DNA of 64,000 nucleotides from a virus: IMG/VR virus record IMGVR_UViG_3300018481_000001, positions 1 to 64,000 of that record; one strand, 5' to 3'. Shown piece by piece: positions 61,684 to 64,000 of this stretch (position 1 is its first letter; each line of letters starts with the position of its first letter). The notes under the pieces were generated by a model. It saw only the letters and a program-made list of their open reading frames with translations, ran no database searches and was not told where the DNA came from. The position numbers and the translations under genes were made by a program.

Positions 61684-61896
61684 TCCTTACAAACCACTCG
61701 GCTTTGCCGATATATTTATAAGTCTCATGCGAAGCCCTGTAATAAGCCCGATCAGGCACTTGCCCGCGCTCGTCGACTTGCAGCCAGTAGCACACAACGC
61801 CCCAGCTTTTAACTTCATCGACAATGCAAAATATTGCACCCCAGTCATGTTTGGTGGGGTCGAGTTGAATTACGTCACCTACTTTAATATCATCCA

Positions 61897-62178
61897 TCAG
61901 GGTTCTTTCTTTAAATCTTTCAAAGCATCATCGATTTGATCAAAACGATGAATCATCGTGGTTTCTAGTCTTTCCACGCGTACTTCTAAATGCTGCACTT
62001 GCTCGTACACATGGTCGATTCGATTTTCCATGCGTTCTACTCGACTTGCGATTTGGCTGTGCAGCCAGAAAATCATCACCAAAAACCCAGCTGCAAGAGC
62101 TGCCAAGGCGCCATACGTAACACTTCGGCGCGCTAGCTCGTTGGGGCCTAATGGTTTTGTAGACTCTATTTCTGACAT
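61897..62178 (-). CDS. Single-TM plus coiled-coil protein
   Basis: TM helix followed by heptads. Confidence 0.6.
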   Translation of the reverse strand: MSEIESTKPLGPNELARRSVTYGALAALAAGFLVMIFWLHSQIASRVERMENRIDHVYEQVQHLEVRVERLETTMIHRFDQIDDALKDLKKEP

Positions 62179-62687
62179 TATTTATTATTCTCCTTGTGTT
62201 GTTTTTTAACCCAGGCAATAGCCTCATGTTTGCTGGCCCATTTACTACCACCCTCGGGAATGTCAGCCTGCCACGTGTGTTGGAGATTGACTTTGCCGAT
62301 ATACACAACCGTACCGGCGAGCTCATCCTCTACGTAGATTTCTTCGGGGTGTAAATCCTCTAGATTTTGGCCGTCGTAGTAAGGCGGTGTAAATGCACGG
62401 GTCATATCTCTGTTATTAGACATTATTTATTCCTTTGCCTTCCACGGCCCCGGCCAAGCAACAGCCCACCACTCAGCGCCTTCTTCCTGTAAGCGCTCCA
62501 CAAGCCAGCTGGTGCAACCACGGCCCTGGGAGTCATAGACATCGACATAGCGGCCCTTGGGGAACTTGGGGCTAACCCAGCACATGTCTTGGCCCAGGCG
62601 CGTTCTTACCCAATACCAGCCAGACTCGCCAGGCTCTTTAGTCCACATACCAACGCACCATTTCTAGCTCGTAGCAGTAAAAACAAA

Positions 62688-62972
62688 TTACCCAGGTTTT
62701 AAAGGCAAATTGCCGAGGCATGCTTGGCATAGCACCGAGCCTTCTTTTACTGTGGGTTTTTCACACTCACAGGCATCATCAAAAAGCATGGCGCGTGTGA
62801 TACGTTCCCACGCCAGTGCAAAATCAATATTTTTAATATTGCCACAGCCCAAGCATTCAATTGTATATTGGTCATTATCACGTGACCAGCGCCGTTGGGT
62901 AAACTCCCCACAAGCTTTACACTTGATCGGTAACTTTGTTTCGTGCTCAATCGGTAATATTTTTGATGGCAT
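62688..62972 (-). CDS. Zn-ribbon protein
   Basis: CKAC...RRWS.D.D..TIECLGCG. Confidence 0.6.
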   Translation of the reverse strand: MPSKILPIEHETKLPIKCKACGEFTQRRWSRDNDQYTIECLGCGNIKNIDFALAWERITRAMLFDDACECEKPTVKEGSVLCQACLGNLPLKPG

Positions 62973-63123
62973 TCCAAAGCCTCACCGCATCAACAACACG
63001 TTTGTATCCACAACCCAAACATTCAATCGTTAAATTTTTGTCATCATCTTCAGACCAACGCCGCAATGTATTTTTATTACATACATCACAGTGCGTAGGA
63101 ATAGATGTGACACGCGGATTCAT
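62947..63123 (-). CDS. Zn-ribbon protein (58 aa), tandem paralog of 62688-62972
   Basis: My translation: CDVC...RRWSEDDDKNLTIECLGCG. Confidence 0.6.
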   Translation of the reverse strand: MNPRVTSIPTHCDVCNKNTLRRWSEDDDKNLTIECLGCGYKRVVDAVRLWNAIKNITD

Positions 63124-63377
63124 TTCTTGGCCTCGGGTGGAGCAATGGTAAATTTGATATTCTCAATAAATATAATTTCCTTACGCTGCACTTGCTCTGC
63201 CAATATCTGTAGCGCCATCACTTGGACGCTACGCCGCGCACTTTCGTAAGTATACCCATGGGATCGGCATCCTTTTAATATTGGATTTTTAATCTCCGCC
63301 CACCACAGCGTGATTTCTTCTTCAACAACTTCTTTAATTTCAATGACTAAATCAATAATCATAATCTCCATCTTCAA
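63120..63377 (-). CDS. HicB-like protein (orphan)
   Basis: WWAEI....GC.SHG.T.E.A...VQ..AL..LAE. Confidence 0.65.
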   Translation of the reverse strand: MKMEIMIIDLVIEIKEVVEEEITLWWAEIKNPILKGCRSHGYTYESARRSVQVMALQILAEQVQRKEIIFIENIKFTIAPPEAKK

Positions 63378-63813
63378 TTTTTTGTGCAGCGCTACGCTCT
63401 TCCATATTGCCGAAGAGAAGCCACAACAAACCTATTATAAATACTATGCCCATTACGGCAACGTGTACGAAAAGGCTTCCGTGTAAATAGCCAAGTCATT
63501 GCCGACCAAATGAAACTTGAATACGCGAGAGCCCCACAGAACTACATCCGGATATTTATTAAATGCCGGAAGAACTGCTTCGTACACTAGTTGTTGATCT
63601 TCGGTCATAAGCTTGATTTTCATCACTACACCGCCTTGGGTCGCGTGGAATCAGAACGTTTAATTTCCTGCTCAACCAAAGCCAAGTAGGTAATCCGGCT
63701 TGTTTTACCACAGCCATGACAAATAATAACTACATGGCATGTGACATCATCATGCTTTGTAGTTTTCATTTGTTTGCTTTTGCAGTTGTCACAAAAGGCA
63801 TCGAACTCGAGTT

Positions 63814-64000
63814 TCATATCCCCTCAGTGAAACGTATACTTGTCAACGCAGGTATTTCGTTTATCTCCAGTAGCTTCGCAAGCTTTTCAAACGCATAAGC
63901 CTGCACTTTACGATGCGCTTCTTCTTTAGAAGCCGCACCGTGTATTTCACATCTATGCAACTTCGAAATCCCTGCGGACCACTTGCCATCATCTTCTTGA
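63814..64000 (-). CDS. Second HicB-like protein, 5'-truncated by the window edge
   Basis: My translation: QEDDGKWSAGISKL...HGAASKEEAHRKVQAYAFEKLA.LLE. Confidence 0.6.
   Translation of the reverse strand, partial: QEDDGKWSAGISKLHRCEIHGAASKEEAHRKVQAYAFEKLAKLLEINEIPALTSIRFTEGI

Larger units (their letters stand above)
34385..64000 (-). other. Dense array of small, translationally coupled early/accessory genes (mostly 60-200 aa hypotheticals)
   Basis: Almost continuous minus-strand ORFs with ATGA/TAATG overlaps and AGG-type SDs; only recognisable members are listed separately. Confidence 0.85.

Noticed and set aside
1-64000. CRISPR array, tRNA, rRNA, transposase, integrase or reverse transcriptase
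   Set aside because: I found no regularly spaced repeats, cloverleaf/T-loop signatures or catalytic motifs by eye; a tRNAscan/Infernal run would be needed to exclude RNAs fully.
1-64000. Stop-codon reassignment as the explanation for the many short ORFs
   Set aside because: Long genes are intact in the standard code, and TAG, TGA and TAA all end genes at sensible, coupled positions (e.g. sheath TAG, spike TGA).

Overview
This 64 kb window is part of a large tailed-phage genome with a contractile (myovirus-type) tail, probably a jumbo phage. A Myxococcota/deltaproteobacterial host is only an inference. From 1 to 14.8 kb the + strand carries a morphogenesis module: putative neck/head-completion and tail-terminator genes, a patatin phospholipase, a 906-aa tail sheath, tail tube, baseplate spike and other baseplate genes. 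From 15 to 33 kb both strands mix regulators, a possible lysozyme-fold hydrolase, an SNF2-family helicase and many glycine-zipper proteins. From 33 to 64 kb there is a dense, mostly minus-strand array of small early/accessory genes: a SLOG protein, two Uma2 nucleases, HD and DHH hydrolases, an Acb2/Tad1-like protein, orphan HicB/HigA/DUF433 antitoxin-like genes and many Zn-ribbons. A vapBC pair sits just before this array. The most striking unexplained signal is a family of nine genes whose products begin with the same ~18-residue leader, [YF]-x2-G-x3-A-hydrophobic-x-K-L-G. The leader is fused to unrelated cargos: glycine-zipper hairpins, a paralogous HExxE pair, an SNF2 helicase and a low-complexity protein. 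Recurring K-x-[AGS] motifs mark module boundaries, and a 582-aa tripartite protein uses a second repeated leader (SVFxxF). This suggests a leader-directed virion cargo-loading and processing system (inference). Two promoter classes are visible: GGTATA-type elements, and TANNNT boxes 5-8 nt before ATG that imply leaderless transcripts. I saw no tRNA, rRNA, CRISPR array or transposase. All family assignments come from motif recognition by eye, not database searches.
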